A DNA stretch of 24,690 bases from Ginkgo biloba (Eukaryota > Plantae > Ginkgophyta): contig JANKJI020000004.1 in NCBI GenBank assembly GCA_024626585.2, positions 90,498,297 through 90,522,986 of the forward strand, read 5' to 3'. Under the pieces are notes generated by a model. It ran no database searches and was not told where the DNA came from. It saw only the letters and a program-made list of their open reading frames with translations. Below, one piece after another: positions 10,293 to 21,549 of this stretch (position 1 is its first letter; every line of letters starts with the position of its first letter). Both the position numbers and the translations under genes were made by a program.

Positions 10293-12480
10293 AATTCTGC
10301 TAGTTTGTAGGTGTATTAAACACCAAAATATACGCAGAGTTATGTAAGCCTAAGGCTCACACTTAATTAATCTTTTGACTTCATTTTAATTTTTGAATTA
10401 TTCCTTTCAACTTGTTAGACATTGGCCAATGCCAAACTAACATCAACACGAGGAATACTTCTCCACTGACATGTTGGTGGCTTCACTTCTCTAACCAACA
10501 TTGTTGCTTTCTCTACCTTCCAGGATCCTTTTACAAATGGACTTCAGTGATGCTGTCAACATGCGCAATATACACCATCGACAACTATCTCACCAACAAC
10601 CCATATATATAAAAATTCACAAATAAAATAAACTATTTTCAACATAGGAAAATAAACAAATTAATCCATTCGTGAACAATAATATGACATACAATTTTCA
10701 ACTAGAGAAAGCCTCATAGGGAAAAAAAAATCTAGATTCATTAACAAGTAATATTTTACAATTATATCAACCTCCATGGATCTTCCAAGTAGTGGAGGGC
10801 CAATACAATCACTCTTAGATAATTTAGTTGATCGAACAATTTCCCTTGAACCTTGAGCTATCTCCCTCAATGTGTCTTCTTTGATTTCCTCTACTACTAT
10901 GGCTCTAGAAAAATATTCAATGCCTCCACTTCATAAATCACTAGATAAAATATCATATCATCCCTCTAATATGACTCTCCCTCAACAATCTTCCCAATCA
11001 CTCGATCTCTATTAGCTTTATTCACCTCACTCCCTTAAGAAATCTAAGTGTGTAATCACTCTCATTATTCAACTAGCCAACCTCCTTAATGTCTATGGTA
11101 GCCAAACATTTTTCTTTATATGTACTATATTTTATAGATGAGCCTCAACATCCTTTAATGGATAGGGCACAATGTTCCTTTGACTCTAATGGTTGGATTG
11201 GGTGAGATACCACTATTATAATGCCTCTCAATTATTAATGATCTATAATGGCCTCCTAGGGGTTTTCCATCTTCATCTCAAATATGTTTGTCAACCACCT
11301 AGTAGCTACAACATTAAATTTTCCTTTGTGCTATCAACATTCATCTATGCACCTTTCTTGAGCATAGGAATTTGAATTTAAATAAATAAATCATCCATAT
11401 TTATTTATTTTATTTTATTTTCTTATTGAGTATCCTTTCGCATGTCATCCTTTGACATCCATCATTAGACATAACTTATTTTCCATTCAATATTTGAAAT
11501 ATATATATATTTTTTATTTTGCGAACCCTTAAGTTCCAAGATCATGTTGGTATTCCATTTTCCTTCTTCAAGCAATGTCGATCTTTTCTAACTCAAGTCA
11601 GTTTTCTTTTATGTTTCCTCTGACCACATTGGTCAACTGAACCTCTCACCAATGATATCAACTTCTAGCTTCCTCTCTAATGATGTTATATTTCACTCTC
11701 CTTCCCTGATGCTTGTTAGTCTTTCTTAATACATGCTAGTATTTGACGATGTCATTCAAGGATTATCATGTTCTCAATGATATCAATAAATGGATCTCAT
11801 GTCATTCATCCTACATTATTTCATTCATAATATTAGTATTAAACTTCCTTATCGATGTTAAATTTTATTTGATGATATCGATCAATGCTTATTTAAACCA
11901 ATATTGTCATTCATATCCTTATCTTCCCTTAATGACATCCATCATTGTTTCCCTTTAATATTTCCAAGCACTCGTCAAAATTTATTGTGCACCCACAATT
12001 TAAATAATTTCCAAAAATAATTTTCTATTGGGCCAAAAAATTATAATTTTACCTCATTGATGATGTCAATTTTCATACTTCTCGTTGATGATGTCAATCA
12101 GGACCCTTTTTTAATCTGTCAACCTATGTTGGCCACTCTAATACTTCTATTAACACATGTCAACCAACCCCTTCAACACCTTTATCAATGCCTATTGGAC
12201 AACTTGTGCCAAGTTAGTTTCAGTCCCTACCGATGCCAACATATTCCCTTCAATAACCAATTGATGATGTCATTCATGAACTATGTTGGTGTTTGTATCT
12301 AATGAATATCAATTTATAAAATTCACCCATTAACAAAATAATCCACAAAATTTTGTTGGTCTATAAAATAAACATATTACCTAAGAAATAAATATATTTC
12401 CCTAAGGATTAAAATTTATTTTCAATCCTTAGGCCAAAATGTGTATGGTATTGTTATTCTACTGAGATGCTCTTGCATCA
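10293..12480 (-). mobile_element. Second LTR copy (probable 5' LTR, possibly over 2 kb); left boundary uncertain or hidden in the gap
   Basis: Minus strand starts TGATGCAAGAGCATC at 12480 with no PPT before it, and 11701-12480 matches 9003-9770. The extension to 10293 is inferred from LTR-like layout: TATA-like CTATAAAA near 11130-11138, a GA-rich tract, then a T-rich U5-like tract. Confidence 0.6.
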
Positions 12481-13829
12481 TGAAGTAAGACTAATTTATG
12501 TCGAACACTCAATTTGAAGTTGACTAATGATAAGAAAAATTGACGCTAATGTAGTAATTTGATGTCGATGTAGTCCACCTCCCAAAATTTTAGCAATAGC
12601 CCCAACANNNNNNNNNNNNNNNNNNNNNNNNNNNNNNNNNNNNNNNNNNNNNNNNNNNNNNNNNNNNNNNNNNNNNNNNNNNNNNNNNNNNNNNNNNNNN
12701 NNNNNNNAGGGACTCCATAACATAATAGGCACACCTCTCATCAATGTCATGGCTACGCTTTAAATTACTAATAGAATGGGATCATGGGAAAAGAGGTGTA
12801 CTAGAAATTGAAATGACCATATAGAGGGTGTAATGAGGCACAATAGCAAGTGAGTGTGAATAAGAAACAAGGGAGAATGTACAGCTAACCTGTAAAAATG
12901 GGAAAAATACATAAAGATGGAAGAAGTAGAAGGATGATCATTAGCTTCAATTTCACAATGGAAGGATACCAAAAATATTAAGCAAAGCCACAATTTGGTC
13001 AAAAAATCATTTGTTACTGATCTCCATGTCTAAGACTAATTTTATCAATGGGGTCTAATGAGTAGCCCTTTGGCAGGGTTTAAGGGGTAATGACTCTGGC
13101 AAGGTCTAGGCTCTGTAACTTAGGTGACCATATTCCCAATTGACTCTTAAAAAGATTCAAGTCATATTATTTTTTCTAAGTAGGAAAGCATGTTAAAGGA
13201 AATTGTAAAAGTTAGACAAGGGTACAAAAATGCAGTCCCAATACCAACTTTGAGTAGAAGCAATACTTTAGGCATTTTTTTCATCATCATGAAAAAAGTA
13301 GTACTAAAAATATTGAGTTGTCAAAAAACATTACTTAAGAAAGTTTTATAATCCCTCAGCATATCAATAAAATCCTACTCATGTTAAATGGATAATTTAG
13401 CTAAACATCCCTGAAACTTAACATTAATGTCAGAACAAACTATCATAGTCAAGGGAATTTCTAAAAACACAAGATTTTATGACAAGTAATAAAAGGCTTA
13501 GAAAACACAAAGGGACCTAACTCTTATCAATGAATGAGATTCATTTTCCATGATTAATGATGCACAATGCAATGCTATTTAAATCCAAGTTGTAAATTAC
13601 ATAAAGAGCCCAACAAATAATAAAGGTAAAGGATTTTGACATAGCATACAACATTGCAAGATAAATAGTTAATATTTACTTTCATAGATCAATGATATAA
13701 ATTAAAGTGTAAAGTTATGAGATTTTGCAAAAATTTAAGACACATCAATAAATAACAAAAGGTTTTGATAAGGCAAAAGGGCCCAATAATTAGTCGAGGC
13801 ACTTCAAAGTCTATCATGCTCCATCTCAT

Positions 13830-15050
13830 CCTCCACATCAGTTTCTTTTCCACATAGACAATGGCCACATTATCCATATTCAATTGAGATATCAGTAAAT
13901 AGTTTCATATCTTCATTAATAGTTATATCTAAAAACATTATAAAAGATCGCTAGAAATCTAAAGGGAGGTTTTTAGGTCCTTCTTTCAATTAATAACAAG
14001 GGAGAGATGTTAGAAAATAATAAATGCTAATAGGAGTTCAAAGATAGTTCTATAAAGCATTCCTTCTTATCACCAAGGTGATCGACAATAGGTATTTTAT
14101 CTTAATAATTAAGGAATGCTTATATTTAATAGCAATATAGATTGAGGGTAAAGTAGAACTAACCTAAACAAGATTAATAAGTCAAGAAAGTCGTAGTTAT
14201 TGATTGCCCTTTGGCATGAGATGGATTTAGTATGAGAAGCATTTAAATCCTATAATAGGTGGTAACCTATTTAAATAAACTACAGGGGAAACTCCATTCC
14301 AATTCAAATTAGAACAAAATCTTATTTTAAAACCTTTCTAAAGCAATGGATTTGATACAAAGGCTCATAGCGAATTCTAGGCTCTTTAGAGATGCCTTTG
14401 AAATCTATTACTTCACAATGTGTCATGCAAATTACATGATAAGTTACTTCAGATAAGCTTAGAGATTGGTATGACCATGTCAATTCTTCAACTACTAAAT
14501 AGAATTGAAAAGAGGCGTAGGCACCTTGCTAATTGAGAGAAATATGGAGATGAGGTGGACTAAGTATGATAAGATAGATTTATAATCTAGTACAATGTAA
14601 ACCTTGATGAAATTATACAAAATATCATATAAAAGGATGACCTAAATGAAATCAATTCCATATACTACCATGTTAATGAAAGGTTGGATTTGGTGAGTAG
14701 TAGGAAAGTTGAGTTAAGAATCGGGGGTATGGATCCTTGATACTACTTTAATTCACCAATCCTTAATACAAGTTTTATTTAGCTCCATAATAAGGATCCC
14801 TTCATCACTTTTGAGGGCATCTTGGTTTACACTAAAGGAGGGCAACAAAGCATATTCAATAGAACCACTTCATTAGTGAAAACTAACTCTGACCCACATG
14901 GACTAACTCCCCAATCATCAATCAAATCCAAGAGACTCATAAGATACTTTTTACCAACTTATGACAGACAACTTCCACTAATCAACCTCCTACAATTGTC
15001 GATTGTGTATTATTTATTACTAGCTTCTTCTATGTACTATTCAATCTTAA
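13830..15050 (-). mobile_element. Possible very old hAT transposase relic
   Basis: Scattered minus-strand peptides in the expected order: QPFINMVVYGIDF..LLYDIL (cf. EPI.SMLRYADTD.P.L..VYD), LINLV*VSST (cf. AIKLLSQVSSSS), DHLGDKKE (cf. NRLGSKKAE), KEGPKNL (cf. KEGP.KLWD), then an acidic tail ETDVEDEMEHD. Many frameshifts. Confidence 0.35.
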
Positions 15051-15429
15051 AATAGGTAGTCATATCAAGATTGTATAATGGACACTATGTTGTTTCCCAA
15101 CACACCTCGCACCAAGGAAAAATGTGGGGACACCATTTTTTTCTTTCTTCTTCTCTAAATCCCTGTGGAAGAAGAAGAAGTATGCCATCGTAAGGCCTGG
15201 AAACTATTCTCGTCCGATCTGCCCTTCTGATTCCATTTTNNNNNNNNNNNNNNNNNNNNNNNNNNNNNNNNNNNNNNNNNNNNNNNNNNNNNNNNNNNNN
15301 NNNNNNNNNNNNNNNNNNNNNNNNNNNNNNNNNNNNNNNNNNNNNNNNNNNNNGTTATTATTCATTTAAAATATATTTCATTGGTTTTGTTGTTGAAGTG
15401 TATTGTGTGTAGGACACAAGGATTATGAG

Positions 15430-16810
15430 ATGTCGCCACGCGGTAGGTTGCCACTCCATCATCCCCCGTAGGCCAAAAATAGACTAACAATTGCCAAGGC
15501 AGGTCAGTGGAATTCCCACAGGCCCTAAGCTACTCGAGATACTGATGCATGGTGTAATCACAAGCCAAGAGCCCACAGGAGGCCCGCAACTTAGAATTAT
15601 CAAAAAGAAATGATCTGGTCCCACTGCAAAGATGAACGGTGGAATATGATGACACGTAACAACCTCCAACATCCCCTCCCTCTCGCTAAGAGTGTAAAGG
15701 AGACTAAAGCGTTAAAATTCCGCGAGGGGAGCTGGTGCGAGATGGTGANNNNNNNNNNNNNNNNNNNNNNNNNNNNNNNNNNNNNNNNNNNNNNNNNNNN
15801 NNNNNNNNNNNNNNNNNNNNNNNNNNNNNNNNNNNNNNNCTCATGGGAAGGCAACACATGTCGTCCTTCCCACCTCTCTCAAGGATCCCTACAGAGTTGC
15901 AAAAGGGGAATCAAGAGCGTACCAAGGCACTCTATGATCATGAGAAATGTCTCAACCTCAAGGGCTCAGAGTCTCGTAGACCACACGGAAGAAATAAAAT
16001 ATGAAGGGTTCCCTAGACCTCGAGCTTGCGAGATATCACTAGGTGTCACTCTCCTAGTGCAGTGTGGATTCATTGAAGTCCTAATGGCCAAGAGGATTCC
16101 GAGGAGATAGATGAGGCCCTAGCTAGGCAACTGTTGAGGGGGCTCCCCATAGGAAAGATCAAGGTTCAGCCATAGGTCGTGACCACCATTCCCCAGGTCA
16201 ATTCCTCCGTCCCTCCCCCAAAGGCACTAAACCCCGTCTTGACCCCCAATATTATTACTCCACCTGTCACTACCCCTTCGGTCACTATACCAGTCACCAC
16301 CACCTCCAAAACCACAGCCTCCATGCCCTCATAGTCATCTCTCATAATTTTCTGTACTCCTTCCATTTCCCTTTCTCTTCAATTGCCATTAATCATCACT
16401 AAAGGTGAAGACTCCCCTATGAACATAGATATAGTAACTATGACCCCACTTAACCTATTTGGGGGTATTCGCCTCCCGTTGTCACTCTCTCTTAGGCCAT
16501 CCTTTGGGGACCACCTAAATTCATAATCCCCGCTCCTATCTTCACTAGGCCTTTGTCCACACCCGGGGCCATGGTCATTGTGAGCATCTTAGGATCCTCA
16601 CTCCCTACTCCCCCCATAATAGATATTGGGATGGCATCTATCATAAAACCTATTGATGTCTCTCACTTAGGAGATACTTCGTATGCTACCCCATCATCCA
16701 TGGTAAGTAAATTATAGTGGGTCCAGATGCAATTGGCCAAGGCTAAGGAAGTAGGCTCAGCTACTCCCAAGCCTCCCGAGGTAACATTGGAATATGATAG
16801 GGCCACCAAC
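15430..16810 (+). pseudogene. GC-richer decayed ORF with Pro/Thr/Ser-rich low-complexity region, probable retrotransposon accessory ORF
   Basis: ATG at 15430 is in frame with the 15610 ORF through TAG/TAA stops. Later segments read EDSEEIDEALARQLLRGLPIG..., VVTTIPQVNSSVPPPKALNPVLTPNIITPPVTTPSVTIPVTTTSKTT and PAPIFTRPLSTPG...MQLAKAKEV. No recognisable domain; interrupted by gaps. Confidence 0.45.
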
Positions 16811-16910
16811 NNNNNNNNNNNNNNNNNNNNNNNNNNNNNNNNNNNNNNNNNNNNNNNNNNNNNNNNNNNNNNNNNNNNNNNNNNNNNNNNNNNNNNNNNN
16901 NNNNNNNNNN

Positions 16911-18801
16911 TTGTTGAACTTCAATGAAGTATTTGAAGTTGAGTGTTATGGATCATCGATAGGGGTAAGAATTATACTTAGTCAAAAGGGAAGACCAACA
17001 ACATTCTTCAATGAGAAGTTGAACGACATTCAACAAAGATATTTAACATATGTTTTAGATTTCTATGAGTTAGTGAAAGTGCTCAAGCATTGGAGGCATT
17101 ATCATTTCCCAAGGAGTTTGTGTTGTACACTAACCATTAGGCATTAAAGTATCTAAATTCTCAAGGAAAGTTAAATTATTTACATGCAAAGTGGATAGAT
17201 TTTTTACAATCATAGTCCTTTGTATTGAAGCATAAATTTGGGAAATTGAATCAAGTGGTGAATGCATTAAGTTAGAGAGAAATTTTGTTGACGATAATGA
17301 CAAATGAAGTTGTGGGGATTGAGTCGATGAAGGATATGTATGATAGCAACAAGGGGTTTTGTCAAGTGATGGAGTATTTGAGGAGTCTGACAATGACCAA
17401 TGGAGAACTCTATAAATATTCTTTCTTATAAGATGGATATTTATTTAAGGGTTAATAGTTGTGCATTTCAGATAGTTCCATGCGAGAGAACATCATTCGT
17501 TGCACAATGGCAGTTTAGGAGTCCATTTTGGTAGAGATAAAATAATTTCATTAGTGGAGGAATGATATTTTTGGCCTGGAATGAAAAAGTAAGTAAGTCA
17601 ATTTGTGGAAAGGTATAGAGTATGTTAGTTATTAAAGGGACATTCACAGAATGTTGGACTATATAAACCATTACTAGTTCTTGAAGGACCTTTGACCAAC
17701 ATCACCATGGAATTTGTGTTGGGATTGTCGTGCACTTGGAAATGTAATGATTTGGTATTTTTTATAATAGATAGATTTTAAAAGATGACACATTTATTCT
17801 ATATCAAAAGATGAACGACACTAGTAAGATGACCGACATATATTTTTAAGAGGTGGTAATGTTGCATGGGTTTCCAAAGAGTATCACCTCCGACAAGGAT
17901 AGTAAGTTTTTAATTTATTTTTGGCAGACATTGTGGAAGAAGTTGAACACTAAATTATAATACAAAAGTTCTTATCACCCACAGACCAATGGACAAGCTG
18001 AAGTGGTAAATCGATAATTAGAGAATTTGTTGAGAAGCTTAGTTGGAGATAGAACTAAGTAGTGGGATGCAATATTAGCACATGATAAATTTATGTATAA
18101 TAGCTTAGTGAACCAAATGATGAGATTAATGCCATTTTAGGTAGTGTGTGGGAGATCACCAAGGAAAGTGACCAATTTGGTGGAGCTTACAGGTGACTAA
18201 TGAGTCAACGATGATGTTGAAGCTATAGAAGAATAGATAAACCATATTCATGAGAAATTAAAGCAAAATCTCATCAGGAGCAATGATAAGTACAAGGCAA
18301 CAACATATCAACATCACCAACATAAGGATTTCAATGTCAGAGACCTAATCATGGTGTATTTACAAAAGGATAGATTCTTGACAAGGACTTATAACAAATT
18401 GAAGTATAAGAAGATTGAACTATGTCGAATCTTAAGGAAGGTGAATGAGAATATATATGAGGTGGATTTTCCTAAATAATAGGACATCTCACCAGTGTTT
18501 AATGTGGTTGACATGTACAAATATTTAGGTAGCGACAAAGAGATGGAAGGTGAATCATAAGATTAGATAAAACAACTATCAAATAAGAAGAGGGAAGAAG
18601 TTGAGAAAGTATTAGAGCGAATGGTGATAGCGATGAGAAAGAATCATTATAGAAAATACCTAATAAAGTGGAAGGGATTATTGTAGGAAGATAACACTTA
18701 GATCACTAGAGAGGATCTTTGAAGGTTGGATGAGAGCAAGTGGAGGAGTTTTGAGAAAATGCATAAGAAGGAGATCATGTAAACTTCATACCAGGTGAAG
18801 A
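16911..18801 (+). mobile_element. pol: Degenerate Ty3/Gypsy chromovirus (CRM clade) pol: RNase H, integrase, chromodomain
   Basis: RNase H: FEVECYGSSIGVRIILSQKGRP..FFNEKL...LKHWRHY / EFVLYTNH*ALKYLNSQGKL..HAKW. Integrase: [51 protein letters not shown] at 17973, ISPVFNVVDM. Chromodomain: EEVEKVLE...YLIKWKGLL*EDNT*ITREDL. Many stops and frameshifts; 5' part lost in the gap. Confidence 0.95.
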
Positions 18802-19714
18802 TAATGTAAGAGAATCCAATTTTAAATTGACAACAAAAAATTGGGATAGTTTTAAAAAGATCGACAAGTGGAGGGGATCGATGGTTATATTCATCATCGA
18901 CGATAGATAAGGGGAGAATCAATAATGAAAATCAGCATACAAGGTTGGAATTGATAACAATAGTAGACCAACATCAATAAATTAATACCGACAGGGTAAC
19001 ATAATATATAGAAGGGGAGGAAAAAGTAGAGATGATCGATGACCATAATAGGAGAACACTGATAGTGATGGATGAAGAAGAAGACCAATAGAAGCATTAG
19101 AAAATCGACAAATAGAGAGTTTGCAGCCATGGGGGGGATTTTAAAATCCAATCATTAATGGAAATGGGTGGTAGATACCTACTAAATGCTTCATCACCTA
19201 CGAAGAAGGATTAATGGCGAATTTAATAATTCATCAATCGCAATGGGCACAAAAAAGAGAACCTTTTGGAGGAGGCAAAATATGTAGAAGAAAGAGAGAG
19301 GAAAAGAGAGATTAGTGGGGAGAAGAGGAAGAGGAAGAGTATGGAGAAGATAAGGAAGGAGTTTGAGCAAATTGTTGAATGTGAGGCAACTCAAGAAGAA
19401 GGACAAAGGCAGAAGAAAGACAATAGGAAGATCATTGAACATGAGGCATCTTGGGAGATAGGCATAGGAGATAAATCTAAGGAAGAGCATTGTTTTGTGA
19501 TTGAAATACTTTTGTATTATGTATGTAAACCCATTTTAGGGAAGTGATTAATAGAATAGTTATATTCCTTGTTCAAATTGCTCTGTGTACATGTGCATTT
19601 ATGATTTTATGCATTCTATTTTCTCCTGCCATGTTATCTAGCTACGTTATCCATTATTCATAGGTGTTGCACTCATCCGGCATTTTTTGTGGTTAATAAT
19701 AGGTGGTTGCATCA
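18802..19714 (+). mobile_element. 3' LTR (913 bp) of the CRM-type element
   Basis: Follows the pol end and a degenerate PPT (caggtgaaga, 18792-18801). Starts TAATGTAAGAGAATC (TGATG with one G>A) and ends TTGCATCA, the TGATG...CATCA termini typical of CRM elements. The start matches TGATGCAAGAGCATC at 12480(-) at 12/15 positions. Confidence 0.8.
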
Positions 19715-19862
19715 TGGATGGTCCATTATAATCTATCCCCACTTCTCCATTGTCTTCCTTAGAGTGAATTGATTGTTCTTCCATTGTGTGATTTAACTGG
19801 ATGGATTTAACAACAATGAACCTACCTCTTGTATCCTTGGGCCTTCCTATTTATTTGGGTAT
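19715..19862 (-). mobile_element. Probable decayed gag N-terminus of the Athila-like element, cut off at the CRM LTR boundary
   Basis: Minus frame IPK*IGRPKDTRGRFIVVKSIQLNHTMEEQSIHSKEDNGEVGIDYNGPS lies about 500 nt downstream of the PBS and ends exactly at 19715. Confidence 0.4.
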
Positions 19863-20169
19863 TCAATTCACACCCACGAGCATGTGAAATGGTCCTACCC
19901 TACATTTGATATATTTTTAATTAAGTAGGGGTATTACCTATAGAGTTATTTTAAGCGAGTATTCAAAGTCAATTGCACTTATTGTGTAAGTGAAGCTTCC
20001 ACATTCTTCTCTTTATTTCTTTAGCTTGCTTGAACCTATTACGCAAGTGAGAATTATGTGTATGTATATATGTGTAGTCCTAAAATTAACTTTTGGAATC
20101 ACTTACACCTACTATGCAAGTGAACTTCCTCCCTACAAAAAGGTTAAATTGCACTTATTCTGCATAAAT
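19863..20169. repeat. Cluster 1 of the 25-bp palindrome TCACYTRCAC-N5-GTGYARGTGA
   Basis: Copies at 19969-19993, 20026-20050 and 20099-20123, with more degenerate copies at 19863-19887, 19934-19958 and 20145-20169. Confidence 0.75.
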
Positions 20170-20350
20170 TATACAAACAAAAATTATTGATTCTTGCAAA
20201 TAATCAATCCAAACTTATCGTTATCTTAAAGATGTAGAATTTATGGCTAACTCACAAACCCAATATCATCCAAGAAGAGAAATTATTTCTATTAAAAATA
20301 AATCGATCTCTGCATATAAGGCACTTGGTCACAATGATGGATCTCTACAA

Positions 20351-20368
20351 TCCCCAACAATGGTGCCA
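20351..20368 (-). other. Primer binding site complementary to tRNA-Asp (Athila-type)
   Basis: Minus strand TGGCACCATTGTTGGGGA versus canonical TGGCGCCGTTGCCGGGGA: 14/18, all mismatches transitions. It lies 3 nt after an LTR-like end ...CCATCA at 20372. Confidence 0.75.
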
Positions 20369-20371
20369 AAA

Positions 20372-21549
20372 TGATGGATTATAATTATGGGTCATAAATT
20401 ATCAATGTGATGATTCGTAATCTTTGAGAAGTAATGGGAGATAAAATCCCAACCCAATCACCTCAAGTGCATAAAGAGTGTTCTTCAGAGAAATTCACAT
20501 AATTTGAATTCAAAATAACTGAAGGAATTTCTAAAAGGAAATAAAAGTAACAATTACTTAGACAAAAAAGAAATGGAAAACACAAAGAAAACTATATGGA
20601 GATAACCCAAGTTCTTTATGATGGCACGGGGTAATATCCACCCAGCTTCATCATGGTTTAGAGTTCTCGAAAAGAATTTAACATCCTTTTACTATGAAAA
20701 ATATGTTGTATATATCATTAATTGAAGAGAAATGATTTATATAATTGAGGGAGGACGATTACATAACAAGAAAGATGTTCCTCTCCCAGACAACCTGATT
20801 CCATCATAAATAAATTGCAAAAGATAATTAATCACCAATTCACCTACAATTGTTATACAGGTGTTTCATCAATAGACAAAAAACACCTTACATCCTGTCT
20901 ATGGCAAATTAGTCATGATATGATGGTGACTCGGTCATCACTTAATTAAGGAATTCAATAAAAAAGTCACTTTTAACTTAAAATATGACATTTATAATTA
21001 ATACAAAACCCCACTTACACGTATCCTACAAGTGAACAAACACTCAAAAATGGCGTGGCTTACATGGACCTACCTAAGCTTAAAATGAAAATGATCTAAA
21101 GGATAACCACTTACACATAATGGCAGGTGGAACAAAAAGTTCATAATAATAAATGTCAATATCACCTCTAAATTAGGTGTAGGTGATATTCACCTATAAC
21201 CTGCCTATAGGTGAGTGTGAGATAGATTTTAGGCTACTATCACTTCATCGCTCCTTCATTATTACAGTTCCTTGTTCTTGATCACTTGCACTAAGGGTGC
21301 AAGTGACATAATTTTTCCTTTTCACTTGCTCTTATTCTCTACTTAAAACCTCCACTTGCATGCAAATTGAACCATGTTGTACGTGAACTCCATTCTTGCT
21401 AAAAATATGTTAGTAGCATCAAAATTTGGCAGTTATCATTTTGCTCTAGAATTATCACAAAATTCCCCAAAATGGGACCAATAGATCTAAAAGTCATGCA
21501 ATATAATTCCCAAATGATTCTAATGATGGGGAAAATTCTATCCCCATCA
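20372..21549 (-). mobile_element. 5' LTR of an Athila-like (non-chromovirus Gypsy) element; right boundary tentative
   Basis: The left end is fixed by the PBS. Candidate termini TGATGG (20372) and CCATCA (21549) form a 6-bp inverted repeat. Minus-strand TATATAAAT near 20736-20744. Confidence 0.5.
20840..21306. repeat. Cluster 2 of the 25-bp palindrome
   Basis: Copies at 20840-20864, 21011-21035, 21107-21130 (1 nt short), 21162-21186, 21190-21214, and a perfect copy at 21282-21306 (tcacttgcac taagg gtgcaagtga). Confidence 0.8.

Noticed and set aside
11203-11225. gatacca as a minus-strand Met-PBS defining a shorter LTR
   Set aside because: Only TGGTATC matches, and the adjacent sequence is not the TGATG expected for this family's terminus. 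It cannot be fully excluded.
12760-13002. 80-aa hydrophobic ORF with a signal-peptide-like start
   Set aside because: Starts at TTG, and the hydrophobicity follows from reading the antisense of purine-rich DNA.
19194-19547. Overlapping K/E/R-rich (+) and L/F-rich (-) ORFs
   Set aside because: Both are by-products of the GA-rich tract inside the LTR.
19863-21306. Palindromic repeats interpreted as a CRISPR array
   Set aside because: Eukaryotic transposon context, irregular spacing, degenerate copies and no cas genes.
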